The notes under the pieces: generated by a model
The model's database searches: none
The model's input: the letters and a program-made list of their open reading frames with translations, nothing else
Told to the model about the DNA's origin: nothing
Source of the DNA: Eledone cirrhosa
Taxonomy: Eukaryota
NCBI GenBank assembly: GCA_964016885.1
Contig: OZ024741.1
Coordinates: forward strand, 333,560,001 to 333,624,000
Direction: 5' to 3'
DNA: 64,000 bases
Part shown: positions 12,156 through 26,000 of the stretch, piece after piece
How positions within the stretch are numbered: the first letter of the stretch is position 1
Layout of the letters: each line of letters opens with the position of its first letter
Program-made: the position numbers and the translations under genes

Positions 12156-13169
12156 TAAGATTGTACATACAACATAGCAGCATATAAAATTATGATGAAG
12201 ATTTAAATTTAAATAAAAAATCCTTTAAAATGAAGGATTTTGTTTTGTAGAATTATAGGTGGTTTTAGGCAGGTTAGTTTAAAAAAAGTTAGATATTTCT
12301 AAGAAAATTCATGACCTCTCCCTCAACACCCAGCATCCTCTTCACACTATGCATGCTCACAACAACCTACAAGGCAGCATTATCACATATATTAAGAACC
12401 TCTGTGTTAGTATAATATATAGTTTTACCACAAGTTACCTTTCCATAATTCATGTTTCTGCTGCAAATATCTAACATTTATTTTACAACATTTTATTTGG
12501 ATCTAGTGTCTTATTTTACCATAATTTCATTCAATCTTTCTTTAATTTTCATAGTTATTTCTGACTTGTCTCATTCTGTGATTTATCTTTGATCATGTAT
12601 AACAACTTGATAACAACTGTCTCTGTTTCTATGGAACAAAACCACACATTTTAAAAGGTTCCTATTTAACATGATTTCATATAACAAGATTTTCGAATGT
12701 AACAATTACTGAAAAAGTTGGAATCTAGAGTGTGAGGAACAGCTGTTAAAACAATTGAATACTATCAATGACAACAGCATGGAAGTTGAGTAAAAATACT
12801 CCTAAGGACAGAAAACAGTATCCAGTGATCACTATGGAGAGATAGAAAGTTGTGAGGTGGGTGAAAGATAGATGATATATAGATGAATGGATATGGCTTT
12901 CATATAGATGATTGTGAGAGGAATGTGTTGGGATGTAGGAGTGATAAGTAAAGAATTACTTATTGCTCCTATGTGCCAACAACTTTAAAAAGTTAAAACA
13001 AAAACAATTATGTCGTTGCAGAATCATGATAGCAGCTTTAAACTCACAAATGTTAATATAGTCATCTATACTTAATTTTGTGATAGACTCTGTAACTATT
13101 AAACTCATGAATTTGTATTTCTGTATGAATGTACCAGAAATTTAGTAAAAACAATTCATTTTAGGGTAA

Positions 13170-13440
13170 AAAACTGTTCCGACTAATGAGTCCTCTCAAA
13201 AGCAACAGTCTCCAACTGATCCGGTTGGAGCCTCAAGTGAGACCAGCTGAAATCATGGATCTTATTCAACCATATTGCTTAGTGTCTACCCCTAGGTCTC
13301 CTGCCAATTTATTTTTCCCATAAAATCTGGTCAGCAATCTTTTCTGAGACATTCTAACCACAGGTCCGAAGTATTGGAGCTGTGATCTCTCAATTCAGAA
13401 AAGTAGAATTCTTGTTCTTAAAATCCTTTCCAGTAGGTTT
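13170..13440 (-). mobile_element. Degraded RTE (Expander/Rex3-like) C-terminal fragment
   Basis: Minus strand IERSQLQYFGPVVRMSQKRL; related copy at 25620-26000. Confidence 0.6.
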
Positions 13441-14260
13441 CTAGGTCTTACAACCTTTGCAACTAGAATTCTGTTCTTATTTATCAACATGCAAAAAGAA
13501 TCTTCACCCATTTATGGCTGAGAGATTATGGAAAGTAATGTGCATGCACAAATATACAGAGAGATATATACACAAAGACACACATTCACCACTTGTAATG
13601 AGTAATATGACAAAAACAAATCAACAGTAAATTGGGGTGAGGCCAGCTTATATTCGAGGTTAGCCAATTTTCACCAGTTTCAAAATTCTACATAAATGAA
13701 AAGCTAAACTATGTTCACTTTGGAGGTGAATATTACACCAGTTTCACTTCAGAGATCAAATTCATATTTCCTATTCTTCTTGATATGTTTTGAATGGATA
13801 TGGCTTTCAGAACATTTGAAAATTGGTAAAAAAAATCATTACATAATGAAGTTGTGAAATAAAGCCTATACTCTCAAGGACACATAATATTTTATATATC
13901 AAAATATTAAAACTTCATAAATATATTCTCCACTCATGAGAATTTCAAAACTGCACCATCTAAACATAATGTGTTGATTGCCTGCCTCGGCTTGTCAACA
14001 GGGTTTGGATTTTTGCCTATTTCTGAGACATAAAATAGGGGCTGGCTTTTATTCAAGTATATAAAATCAGAAGACTTAGATACAAAGACAAGACACATAT
14101 TGAGCACCTTACTTTTAATTGAGGTTCTTTTCTGTTTATTCATAGAATATATTTCAACCATATCATCACTATCTTCATTTAAAGACCATTTTTGCATACT
14201 GACATTGACTGGACACTCATGCACATAGACACAATATATATATATATATTTACATATATA

Positions 14261-14462
14261 TCATCATCATCATCGTTTAACGTCCATCTTCCACGCAAGC
14301 ATGGGTTAGACAGTTTGGTTCCATTTGATGCGGGATTGGTTGGGAGAGTGTCTGTTACTCGTATGGTACAGTCTCTGGCAGGTTTTCTATGGCTGGATGC
14401 CCTTCCTAACACCAACCACATTTACAGTGTGAACTGGGAGCCTTTTCACAGTGTCTCCTACA
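14261..14462 (-). mobile_element. RTE family-B 3' tail fragment
   Basis: (atc)n gtttaacgtccat..gcaagcatggg..ggctggatgcccttcctaacaccaacc. Confidence 0.8.
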
Positions 14463-14702
14463 TGCACACACACGTACACACACACAGACACACACATATA
14501 TATAAAGTGAAGATGGTATAACGAAAAAACTTACCAAAATCTTTTGAAAATTGAAGAAAGAATTATTGCATAATAGAGTCTCTGACACTTGTTTCAATGC
14601 TGTTATGCAATCACCCATGAGAGCTGCCTCTTCCATTTTTGTGACACATATTCATTTTACACTAATGTGAATTCATCTACTTAATGGATATTCCTATTTC
14701 CT

Positions 14703-14762
<60 letters not shown>

Positions 14763-14787
14763 GTTTATTATGACTAAATAGTGAGTT

Positions 14788-14840
14788 CTATTACTCTGGA
14801 GTTTCACCTGATTCTCACAGACTTTTTTATCTGTGAGAAC
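14788..14840 (-). ncRNA. Hammerhead 3' half (5' half lost in a TA run)
   Basis: Minus strand: ttctcacaga-loop-tctgtgagaa..GAAA-CTCCAGAG-TA. Confidence 0.4.
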
Positions 14841-14904
14841 AATATATATATATATATATTGCAAATTTGAAAATGTGAATGTCCTAAACACAGAAAACAA
14901 CTAT

Positions 14905-15110
14905 AATGATTTTCTGATTGAGGCACAAGGCCAACAATTTTAAGAGAGGGGCAAGTGAATTAAATTGATTTATCAACCAACCCCTATAAAGATGAAAGGT
15001 CAAGCTAACCTCGGTGGAATTTGAACTCAAAACACAAAGGGTTGTAACTGTATGTTGCAAAGCATATTGTCCTATGCTCTACCAATACTACAAATCCAGT
15101 GCCCTAAACA
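14905..15110 (-). mobile_element. tRNA-derived SINE S1
   Basis: aggcacaaggccaacaattt..gatgaaaggtcaagctaacctcggtggaatttgaactc. Confidence 0.7.
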
Positions 15111-15583
15111 ACTTAATAATGAAAAAACTAGTTATATTACTGAATCCTTCGACATTATTTTCAGAATTATTTAAAAATCTGAGGCTGTGTCTTTCATTAG
15201 AAATGGTCAGAGGAAAGATGAAGTTTGTATGTGAGACTGCTGTGTGTACATATTGGCCAACACTATAGGAGTATATACTATTAGTCTTCTCAACCAATTA
15301 GCTGAATGTAAAATAATGGCAGTCAATCTATCTGCTAAACCTGATAGTTAAACAAACATCACTCAAGCTAGTTTATTGAGAAATCAATTGAATGGTTTTT
15401 GTCTTTGACTTGTTCATTACACATAGGTAACAAGCCCTGGCTACAGAATATGCCAATATGCCAATCAGCTATCATAGTGTTCATCTTATTAGACACACCC
15501 AATTGTTGTTGATTCTGACTTTCATTAATCAAATAGATTCTGTTATAAAAATAGCTTTCATATTTCCATTCATATATCATCTA

Positions 15584-15960
15584 TTAATGTCCTGTACCAC
15601 ATGAAATCCCATTAGTAAGACATACTTGTAAAGTACAGCACAGCACTATAACTGCGTCATTAAAGATTAAAGGCTTTAATATTGGAGTGCCCAGTACCAC
15701 ATGAAACCGCATTAGCAAGATATACTTTTAAAGTACAGCACAACACTATAACTGTATCATATTAAAAATTTAAGGCTTTAATATTGCAGTCTCCTGTACC
15801 ACATAAAACCACATTAGCAAGGCACTAGGACTGCCTCATAATAAAATTTAAAGTCTTTAATATTAACTAATGTTTTGTACCAAATCAAACCATATTAACA
15901 AGACATTCTTGTAAAGTACAGCACAGCACCATTAAAAATTAAAGTCTTTAATATTGCAAT
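15584..15960. repeat. Diverged ~100-bp tandem repeat, about 4 units
   Basis: gtaccacatgaaa..aagtacagcac recurs; gtacagcac at 15633, 15733 and 15916. Confidence 0.85.
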
Positions 15961-16532
15961 TTTTCACAATGATCTCTCCACTTGTAAAGATACTGTAAAG
16001 ATCTCAAATAAGAGACCTCATTTTTAGACATTTTCTACTAAATTATTACAGATTGTTAAAAGTTAAAAGCCATTACAACACCGCCATTAGAAAGATATTC
16101 ACAAAGTTCTCAAAATCTTTCTTGATACTTCATCATGCACTCAAAGTAATTTTAGGTGTGATTACTAAAGATATCTCTTTTACTAAAGTTTATAGGATCT
16201 ACATATTTTCATTTTGAGAGATTATTATTTAACTGGTTTCACTCATTAGACTGTGGCCCTACTGGAGCACCATGTTGATTTATCAACCCCAGTACCTATT
16301 TTTTTATATCTGGTACATTATTTTATGGATTGCCTTTTTGTGAAGCTGCTAAGATACAAGACACTGACATGGACACAGAGAAGAAATCATCCTTGAGCAA
16401 GTGTTTTGGTACTCATATATGCATGTATATACATATATAAATATGTGTATATATATATGTATGTGTGTGTGTATATATATGTGTATATATATATGTATGT
16501 GTGTGTGTATATATATGTGTGTATATATATAT

Positions 16533-16575
16533 AGAAGATCCCATTAAGGGTGAAAGCAGCGATTCTTTGCTTAAA
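16533..16575 (+). ncRNA. Hammerhead remnant, 5' end clipped by TA repeat
   Basis: (ta)GAAGA-T-CCC-attaa-GGG-T-GAAA-GCA..TGC-TT. Confidence 0.4.
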
Positions 16576-16683
16576 CTTTAATCTGTTATTTTAATAAATA
16601 TTTGCTCTACGGTTCTTATATATTTGATATATATTTATCCTTATCGAACCCTCTTTGGATTTAGTCTTCAAATTTATTATTAT

Positions 16684-16732
<49 letters not shown>

Positions 16733-16779
16733 CACACATATATATATAAATTTATATATACATAAATGTATATATCTTC

Positions 16780-16960
16780 CATGTGGTAAGAGATCATTAC
16801 AATGTAACATGTGGTAAGATATCACAACAATGCTACATATAGCAAGATATCACAACAATGTTACATGTGGTAAGACATCACAGCAATGCTACATGTAACA
16901 AGACATCACAGCACTGCTACATGTGGTAAGACATCACAACAATGTCACATGTGGTGGAAT
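16780..16960. repeat. 28-bp minisatellite, about 6.5 copies
   Basis: Unit catgtggtaagacatcacaacaatgcta. Confidence 0.9.
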
Positions 16961-17039
16961 ATGTGACATGGGAGTGTGAAAAGATATCTTATGTCAGTAT
17001 ATAACATGTGTCAGTTTAGCTTATAGTGATGTTATTTCA

Positions 17040-17350
17040 TGATCGTGTGTTATGTGTGTTGTTAAGTGTCTGTGTGTGGTGTGTGTGTGTTTTGTGCATG
17101 TGTTGTTGTGTGTGCATGCATGTTGTGAGTGTTATGAGTCTATATGTGAGTTGTGTGCATGATTGTGGTGTATGTGAGAGTGTGTGCTGTGTTGAGTATG
17201 TGTGTGTTGAGTGCATGTATGTGTTGTATGTGTGTGAGTGTTGCATGTATGTATGTAATGTATGTGCACGTGTGAGTGTGTATGTGTATGCGTACACATG
17301 TGTGTGTGTATGTGTACACACGTGTGTGTGTGCATGTGAGTGTATGTAAT
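17040..17350. repeat. Degenerate (GT)n low-complexity tract
   Basis: Direct reading. Confidence 0.85.
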
Positions 17351-17999
17351 GACAAAAATGACATTAGTCAATGAATCATCATATGTGTCAATGTCTCACG
17401 TGGTGATCACATGATCCCCGTGATAAGGCCACAGGGGACAGTGTTTATCATGTGGTCAGGAGTCTTATCAAAGATATGTGATGAAAGAACACTGCTGTCT
17501 TATATAGGCTATGATCTCTGACCATGTTAACCAACACTACTATATTGCATTCAACTCATGTTGCTGCTGCTGCTGCTGAATTCAGATGAGGCTCTGCCAA
17601 AATTGAAATAGCAACCCTTTTATCATGCAGAAACAATCAATAAATCTCAATTCCTAACAGGGACTGATGTGTCTTGTTTTTGTATTTGTTTTTGTTTTGT
17701 TTTGTCTGTTTTTGTGTGTTTTTGGCTTCTGTGACTAATGCCTTACTAAAGAAGGTTATCTTGACATCTTCACCATTCTCTACTTTAACTGTTAATGTTC
17801 TTAGCATATTATTATTATTATTATTATTATTATTGTTGTTGTTGTTATTATTATAAATTCGATAATAAATAAAAAGCCAACATTTATTGTGTAAGTAATG
17901 AGTGAACAGAACTTTTGCTTTCATCTTGACCATATCTGCTGAAAATTAATTGCAGAAATTCTAAAGTTTAAAATCTGTCTCAAACCAGAAGGCTAGTCA

Positions 18000-18245
18000 G
18001 GCCAGTGCTTATCCCGATTTCGTGGTGTGAAGTTACTGAGAGTACAAGACTCCCTACTGGGTAGGATGCCAGTCCATTGCAGGGTTAAACCCCTAGCTAT
18101 TGCTGGTACCCAATTTTCAGCTGGATATACTGGAGCAATGTGAAATAAAGTATTCACACAACACACAGAACCCAGTCCAGGAATCAAACCCACAACATTA
18201 TCATTATAAGTCCAACACCCTCACCTCTAGGCCACACACCTCCAC
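18000..18245 (-). mobile_element. tRNA-derived SINE S2
   Basis: Minus strand: A-box TGGCCTAGAGG, B-box GGTTTGATTCC, tttatttcacattgctcc, cctgcaatggactggcatcc. Confidence 0.8.
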
Positions 18246-21019
18246 TGACAGAAGTATTTTTTATGAATTGAAATAGGAGACATCCCCATAACTTTTTGAC
18301 TAAATAAAATAGTCTAACAATAACAGGGCATATAAACACACTGAACAAGACTTTTATTTAGTCAAAACGTTACAGCAAATTCTTTTATTTCAATTTTCAA
18401 ACTCTGCTTGCTGCTTTCTAAACTTCCATTTTTTATAAATAAAAGTGTATTTTGGATGTCAAGCATGTTATATGAGGCCATTGATTGACTTAAGATTTGC
18501 AAAAATAAGTTCTTGGATAAGTTCATCAGTTTCCTCTTTTTATGGATGTGAATGAAGTAAATGTTCCCAATATGAATATGATATTGTTTCCATCACAAAC
18601 TCATCATTTTGCTTTTGAGAAATTTGGACATTTACAGTAATATAGAAGCAGCTGGTTTGTGACAGCTGCTTGCTCTCTTTCTACTGTTAAACACTCAGCC
18701 ATAACGTGAGTTATTTTAACCCTTTTGTGATCATATTCCTAATGAAATTCAGTGATTATGTATGTATATGTGGTCTGTTACTCCTGATGGAGTCATAGAG
18801 GCAGAGTTGTTAGAACGTAGAATAGAATGGTTTGCAGTATTCGTTCTGTCTCTCTGTTCACTGAGTTCAACTTTGCCTTTCATCCTTTCAAGGTCAATAT
18901 AAAAAAGTACCAGTCTAGTACAGGAGGGGCAATTCTTCTTCTATATCTCTTTCTCACTTCCTCTCTTTCATTCATTCTCTCCTTCTCTGGAAGAAATCTA
19001 CTGTGTTCAGACCTGGAAAGGGATGGGCTCCACCAGGTTTTAAAATGTCCCAGAAACATTATATGCACTATGACACTCCTACAACTCCATCAGGAGTTAT
19101 GGGACCATACCATATCAGTATTTTGAGAATTGAGCTCATGGGTTTATTCTAAGAGTTGAGCTAAATGATTATGTTAGAAAATTGAGCCTTGCATCTAGTT
19201 TTGAGAATTGAGTCAGGTAAATATTTTTGGTATCATGTTTTAAGTAATTATCATCATTACCATCACCGTTTAACATCCATGTTCCATGTTTGCATGGGTT
19301 AAAGAAATTGCTACATTTTAAGATTAGAAAGATGACAGTATCCACTCATACATTCCAATCTGGAATAGTTTTTATGTCTGGATACCCTTCCTAACATCAA
19401 TCACTTCACATCATGTGCCAAGTGTGTTTTATTGTGGCCTCACCACTACAACCTAAGAGGGTGGACTGGCTGTTTTTTATTTTGGCTCTGGAACTATCAC
19501 CTAAGAGGGTAGTTTAAGTGCTCTGTATTGTGGCACCACCACAACCACTTTATAGAATAAGTTTGGTACATATTATTGTGACACCAACATTGTCAAATTC
19601 TTTTGAAGATAATATTGGGTCTTTCAATAGGAATTACAAAATGGGAATAGAAAAATTATTTTATTATTTTATCAACATCCAAAATAACACATCTTCCGAG
19701 TTTTATAACTGGGTCTGTTTGGATGTTGCACATGCTGATCAAAGGTGACAGGTAAACATGTCAACATCATTGGCTGCCATTGAGTCACAGGTTTCATATC
19801 AGAGTTTTCCTTCACCTATAACAATGTCCTAACAAGAACAAGGAGTCTCTCACTTCCAGCAGGCTAACTACACATCAGGCACCAAACTGAGTAGTTCCAT
19901 GTCCCCATACATACATACATACATACATACATACATAGTGGCTGCCAACTCGTTTTCGAGTACGACCACTACTTTATATCCATGTAGGAGAACCCCTACC
20001 GATGCGCTGAACGAGTGTGACTTTTTAGTCCAGCCAGCGACTTGAAAACTCTGGTACAAACACTACACTTGTGACAATGATTGACACATAGTGCTGGGCC
20101 CATGGTACCATGTGACGACAAGTGCAGAGAGATCTCCAGATAAAAAGTAATGCCTGTGCCGTGAAGCTTTTATAGTGAGCAAAGGCACTGCACAAAGCCA
20201 GTCCCACTCTCTTAACCAAGATGATATTTACCAAAAAGAAGAACAAGTCAACATCATTGGATACCATCAGGGTTGCAGGTGTTACATCAGAGTTTCCTTC
20301 TCCTAGAATTCTGCCTTGACAAAGGCTAAGGGGTCATCTCTCCCGGTGATTTTGGATGGCCATTGACTCTTAAGAGCTCCTTTGCCCTTTGACAGGTTTT
20401 GTTTTTAGTCCTGCAGGATGTCCAAAGTCACCCTTCTCACCAAGAAACCTTGGTGAGGAGGGTGACATACATACATACATACATACATCACATACATGCA
20501 TACACACACTACAGTTTTGCCTGCTTATTTTCCAATAACATTTTACAATGTTATACAAACACTGGCCCTTAGAGAGTTTAAATATATATTTCAACACAGA
20601 CTCCAAAACGAAATGCAGGAGACCTGAAACTAATCCAGTTGATCCCGCTTAGGTGTACATGGGAATACATAATATATTATATATAAAGAGAAGGTGTCTA
20701 AATCTGTCTATTACATGCAGTTTGGACTAAATTCTATAGATATATTTTGTAGTACAATACAGCATATATTATCATAATCATCATCTTATATCTGATTCCC
20801 CTGCTTATATATATATATACAGTGGTAAAATCCGGGAGGTTATATGTGTAGTAAGTAGAGCACACAGTCCAAAGGAGGAATTCAGTATATAATTAGTTCC
20901 ACAACAAATTAGCAAACCATTCATACATATATATATGTATAAAAAATATTAGCTAGAGAAGAAATTCCAAACATGGAAGCATGGCCTAGAATCAAAAGTT
21001 AACTTATCTAAGACTTATC

Positions 21020-22221
21020 TAAGACTTATCTAGTATATATAAAGGAAAATAGGGCACAGGTGCCCTCTGGGAAATGGCCATGCTCAGTGTATAGGAAAGG
21101 AGTATGTAGAAATTCCATTCTATGCACAATTGCGAACTATGAGTACATAAAGATGTAGTGGGATCACACGCAAGCTATCTAAGAATGTAGATTTTATATG
21201 TGGCCGATGCTCAGGTGCAGTAAGTAGCAAGTGCCCACTGGATATTAGCTCCTTCAATTGTCTAGATGGTTCTATAGAAATAGTAGACACTTTCCGTTAC
21301 CTGGGTGACAAAATCAGCAGTGGAAGCAGGAGTTATGAACAGGATGAGAAAAGTTGAGAGAGCTAATATTGCTGTTGGCCACAAAAGGTTTCTCTCTAAA
21401 AATGAAAGGTAGATTGTATGATGCTTACATATGAACAGCAATGTTACATGGCAGTGAGACCTGGGCATTGTGTGCAGAGGATCTGCGCAGATTGGAAAGG
21501 AATGAAGCATGCATGCTCTGATGGATGTGTAATAATAATATACACGAATGGCAAAACATAAACGAACTAAAAAGAGAAATTAGGAATAAGAGGGATTAGA
21601 TGCAGTTTACTTGAGAGGAGATTACGTTGGTATGGTCATGGGATGCGTATGAAGGGCAACAGCTGTATAAAAAAGTGCAGGGCGATCAAAATTGATGGAG
21701 TAGGTAGACCCAGAAAAACCTGTGACGAGGTGATAAAAACTGACCTTGCACATTTACACCTCTCTAAGACAATATCACTGGATCAAGATCTTTGGCACTG
21801 TGCAGTAATACAGAAGACCCTCGTTCTCTTATGTACGAAGTTAAACCTACAGTCAGTAGGCACCTCTTAACCCAATATACACCCCACACACCCTACACCA
21901 TCCTCCCACTTCCGCCCACACCACCCCTATAAAGTTATGTTTGTATCACAGAATATCCAGTCCACACTGTAAGGTGGCCATGTAGGAGACACGGTAAAAA
22001 AGCTCCCAGTCCACACTGTAAGGTGGTTGTGTAGGAGACACGGTAAAAAAGCTCCCAGTCCACACTGTAAATGTGGTTGGCGTTAGGAAGGGCATCCAGC
22101 CGTAGAAAACCAGCCAGAAACAGTTCTGTACGAGCAAGACCAATCTGGCCTCAAGTGGGACAAACCTATCTAACCCATGCTAGCATGGAAGATGGACGTT
22201 AAACGATGATGATGATGATGA
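21020..22221 (+). mobile_element. Degraded RTE family B 3' part (PHD, C-terminus, 3' UTR with ~45-bp internal repeats, GAT tail)
   Basis: gggaaatggccatgctcagtg..gtacataaaga, ttccgttacctgggtgac, tail ggacgttaaacgatgat. Confidence 0.85.
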
Positions 22222-22320
22222 TTAAGTCTTAACATTTTTTACAGAGTTTGCCTCCCTAAAAATACTATAGATTTATGCACATGTAAATGTAAATATATAT
22301 ATATATGATGATGATGATGA

Positions 22321-25300
22321 TCATCATCATCCTTTAACATCCCTTTTCCATGCTAGCATGGGTTTGAGTTAGTCTGGTTGTCCCATTTGAGGCAAGTCGA
22401 GGTCAGATGACCATGTTTTGCTCATACAGAACCGATTTTGGCTTGTCTTCTATGGCTGGATGTCCTTCCTAATGCCAACCACATTTACAGTGAGTACTGG
22501 GTGCTTTTTGTCATGACACCTACATGACCACTTTTCAGTGTGGGCTGGGTGCTTTTTGTTGTGTTGCCATCATTACCATTTTACAGTGAGGGCTGGGGAC
22601 TTTGGAAGGAAGAGTGTGTGGAGATTAGGTAGGTGGGTATATGGGCATGTGTGAGGGGTGGAGTGTTAAGACATGAGAGGAAGGGGGATGAAGATGAAAG
22701 TGAAAGATGTGCATACCACATGCTTTAGCCTGTGCTCATGGGAGGTATAAAAGAGGGAGGTGGAGGTGAATAATATATGTATGCTTCAGCCTGTACTCAT
22801 GGGAAAGCAGTTCTTCTGTTACTGCATGACACCAGAGAACTTGTGTCATTGCCTTTGAGAGGTGCAATTGTGCAAGGTCAGCTTTTATCACCTCATCCCA
22901 AGTCTTCCAGGGTCTTCCTACTTCATAGCTTCCATCAACTTAGAGTACACTTCACCTTTTTATATAGCTCTTATTCTTCATATGCATCACATGTCTATTA
23001 CCAACACAATCTCCTCTCCTGCGCACTGCATCTGATCTCTCTTATGCCTAGTTTTTTCTCAGTTCATTTATGCCTTGCTGTTCACGTATATTAAAAGCAT
23101 GAAAGCTTCATTTCTTTCCGATTTTCATAAGTTCTCTGCACACAACACCCAGGTTTCACTACCATGCAACATTGTTGCTTGTATACAAACGTCATCAAAT
23201 CTACCTTTCATTTTGAGGGAAAAGTATTTTTTTAGCTTGCAGTGGTAGTAGCTCCCTGAACTTCTTTCATCTCATTCTCATTCTGGTTACTGTACTTTCA
23301 GAACACCTAACACCATTGCTAATTTGCTCACCTAGGTAAGAGATGTTGTCTACAGCTTCTACCAAACCTTCCCAGAATTCCATAATGCTTGTTTCCTGTG
23401 GTTGTTTGCTTCTTACTGCTCCAGTGCAATGGCCACATGTAAGACCTACATTCTTAGCTAAACTACCTGAGCTACCACTAGATCTCTTGTGTACCCATAG
23501 TTTGCATATGGGACAGGAGATGGAATTTCTACCTACATCTTTCTTACACATTGAGCAAGGCCATTTCCCCAAGCAGATCGCTGATCTGTTTTCTGTTCTA
23601 CTTACTAGGACCTTAGTCTTTGCCAGGTTGACTTTAAGACCATTTGTTTCTATGCCAAACTTTCAAGTCTGGAATTTCTTCTCTAATTTTGCCTTAGATT
23701 GAGCTATGAGAGTGAGATCATCTGCATACAGGAATCCCCATGGGTAACCACTCTTAAACTCCTCTGTTATAGCCTGTAGAACGATAATAAACAGGAGAAG
23801 GCTAAAGAGAGAGCTCTGGTGGACACCAAACTGCATGCTAAATTCCTTGCTATAGTCACTGTTAATCCTAACTTTGCTGACTGCTCCCCTATACATGGTT
23901 TGTACAACCTTCTCAAGCTGCTCTTTTATTCCTAGTTTTCTAAGAGCCCACCAGATAATGGCATGGGGGGATTCTGTCGAAAGCTTTCTCAAGATCAACA
24001 AACGCCAGGTAGAGTGGCTTACTTTTAGCTCAGTACTGTGACTGCTTCACAAGGAAGAAAGCATCTGTGATGCTTTTACCTTGTACAAATCCAAACTGCA
24101 TCTCATCTAGGTTAACCTGGTCCCTAATCAACTCTGCTATGACTCTTTCTGTTACTTTCATTACCTGGTCCATCAACTTAACACCTCTAGAGTTTCTTCT
24201 ATCTAGTGCATCTCCTTTATCCTTGTAGCAGTTGTCAATAATGCTGCTGCACCAGTCATTTGGTAAGACACCATCTAGTATTACTTGGTTTACAATATGA
24301 GTGGTTAAGGTGTAACCTACCAACCCAGGTGCTTTCAGCATCTCAGCAACTATCCCTGATTGACCGGCTGTTTTCCCAGTCTTCATATCCATAATTGCCT
24401 TACTACACTGTTGCTGACTTGTATGGCTGGTCTCTCTGTTTCACCCACTTGGGGTAGGCTCTCTTTCTCCCATACATTCTCCTCATTTAGTAATCTAAAC
24501 TATAATAAAGTAAGGAGCACGGGACTGCATACGGTTTATAATTTTTAATCCCATTGGATTACTTTGAATAAATAATGAATGAATATTACATAATTTATCT
24601 ACTAAATTTCGTGGCTGTTCATTAAATATATTTTATTACTTATTTAAAGATTCACTTCTTTAAAATGTTCAAATGTCAACACTTCCGGTTAGAGGTCACT
24701 TAAATAAATATTCATATATTTCTGTCACTAATTTTCTCCTAATGCAGTTTATATATAATATCGTCTTTTTTTAATGTATCATAGATTATGTTACTGATTA
24801 CATAAGAGAGTGTAACACAGTCTTCGTTCAATTTCTGTGTATATTGTCAATTCCGATTTTATTTGATGTATCATATCTACATGCATATATACTTGCATAT
24901 AATATCAATATACACACTACACATGCTAGCAGAAAACCACCAAAGGGTGGTTTTTCTGCTAGTCTTTCATAATAGCTCTTCCATGCTACTTTCTTTTCAG
25001 CATCTGTGAGGGCCAGTGTGCCTTTATCATCACAGACACACTTCTCATCAATGACATCACAATTTTCCCTAACACACTGCCTCACAATCCTGAAGACCTC
25101 CTGTTTCTGGTCTTCACACTGCAAAACATGCTTGAATTTTTCATATTCCACTTCTCTCCTTACAAAGTATTCTTGTTGCCTAGCTTCCCTCCTGGCCTCT
25201 ATGTAGAGTACCCTGCTTCCCCCATTCTTCCATTTTTATATGCCTGTCTCTTGGCCTTGTCTACCTTACTCTTCCACCAATAAGTCACTCTCCTTCTCTC

Positions 25301-25430
25301 TGTAGCCCTGCTCTGTCCACAGATCTCATCTGTTTCCTTCAGCAGATTATCTTCCAGGAACTCACAATGCTCTTCTATATTGAATGTCTCCATTTGTTCT
25401 TCCTTTAAACATGTCAAATATCCAGGATAT
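22321..25430 (-). mobile_element. Old RTE family-B-like copy, fragmented and interrupted by a Helitron
   Basis: ORF pieces with KTGKTAG, QFGFV, YADD and GKWPCSMC..WVHKR; 3' UTR at 22321-22600. Confidence 0.9.
24494..24962 (+). mobile_element. Non-autonomous Helitron (469 bp)
   Basis: 5' TCTAAACTATAATAAAG; 3' hairpin gcagaaaaccacc-aaag-ggtggtttttctgc ending CTAG; inserted between A and T without a TSD; removal restores RTE YYERLLNEEN. Confidence 0.9.
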
Positions 25431-25619
25431 GACTGCTGGAAGTAGAAATAGTAGCACAAGCATCAGAATTGATGATACAATTGACCTTGGTAGGATTTGA
25501 ACTCAGATCACAGACTGTCAGAACAAACTCTACAAGACATTCTAACACAATACTGATTCTACCAATTAATTGTTTTACAACTAGAATAAATGATATTTAT
25601 GTGATCTCTATATCTTCTT

Positions 25620-26000
25620 CTTCTTTTTCACCCACATAATCCTGGGAGGGTCATGGGGGAAGAGTACTCATGCGCATCTTCTAATGGGTTTCATCAGAAG
25701 CAAACATCTCCAATTGATCTGGCTGGATCTCCAAGTGAGACCAGAGAAGCTCATGGATGTTAACAAACAATCTTGTTTGGGGGTCTCCTCCTGGTTGGTT
25801 TTGCCTGCAAAATCTGTCCAGAAATTCTTTACTGAGACATTCTAACCCCAAGCCTGTAACATTAGAGCTGTGATCTCTCAATTTTGAGAAGTAGCAGCCC
25901 TACATGGAAAAACTCTGAGCTATACACTCTATCGAGTAACATCATTCCAAAGACCCTTCAGAAGAACCCTATTTTGGCTGCTTGTATTCTATATAATCTT
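25620..26000 (-). mobile_element. Degraded RTE (Expander/Rex3-like) 3' fragment
   Basis: Similar to 13170-13440 (gagacattctaacc..gagctgtgatctctcaatt). Confidence 0.6.

Noticed and set aside
13934-14224. 96-aa minus-strand ORF
   Set aside because: No motif or splice support.
14534-14636. Minus-strand ATG-to-GTAAGT segment (MEEAALMGDC..), and a similar one at 42983-43092
   Set aside because: Such donors are expected by chance in AT-rich DNA and there is no recognisable protein; RNA-seq would be needed.
18170-18245. tRNA gene
   Set aside because: A/B boxes belong to a decayed SINE head; no cloverleaf.
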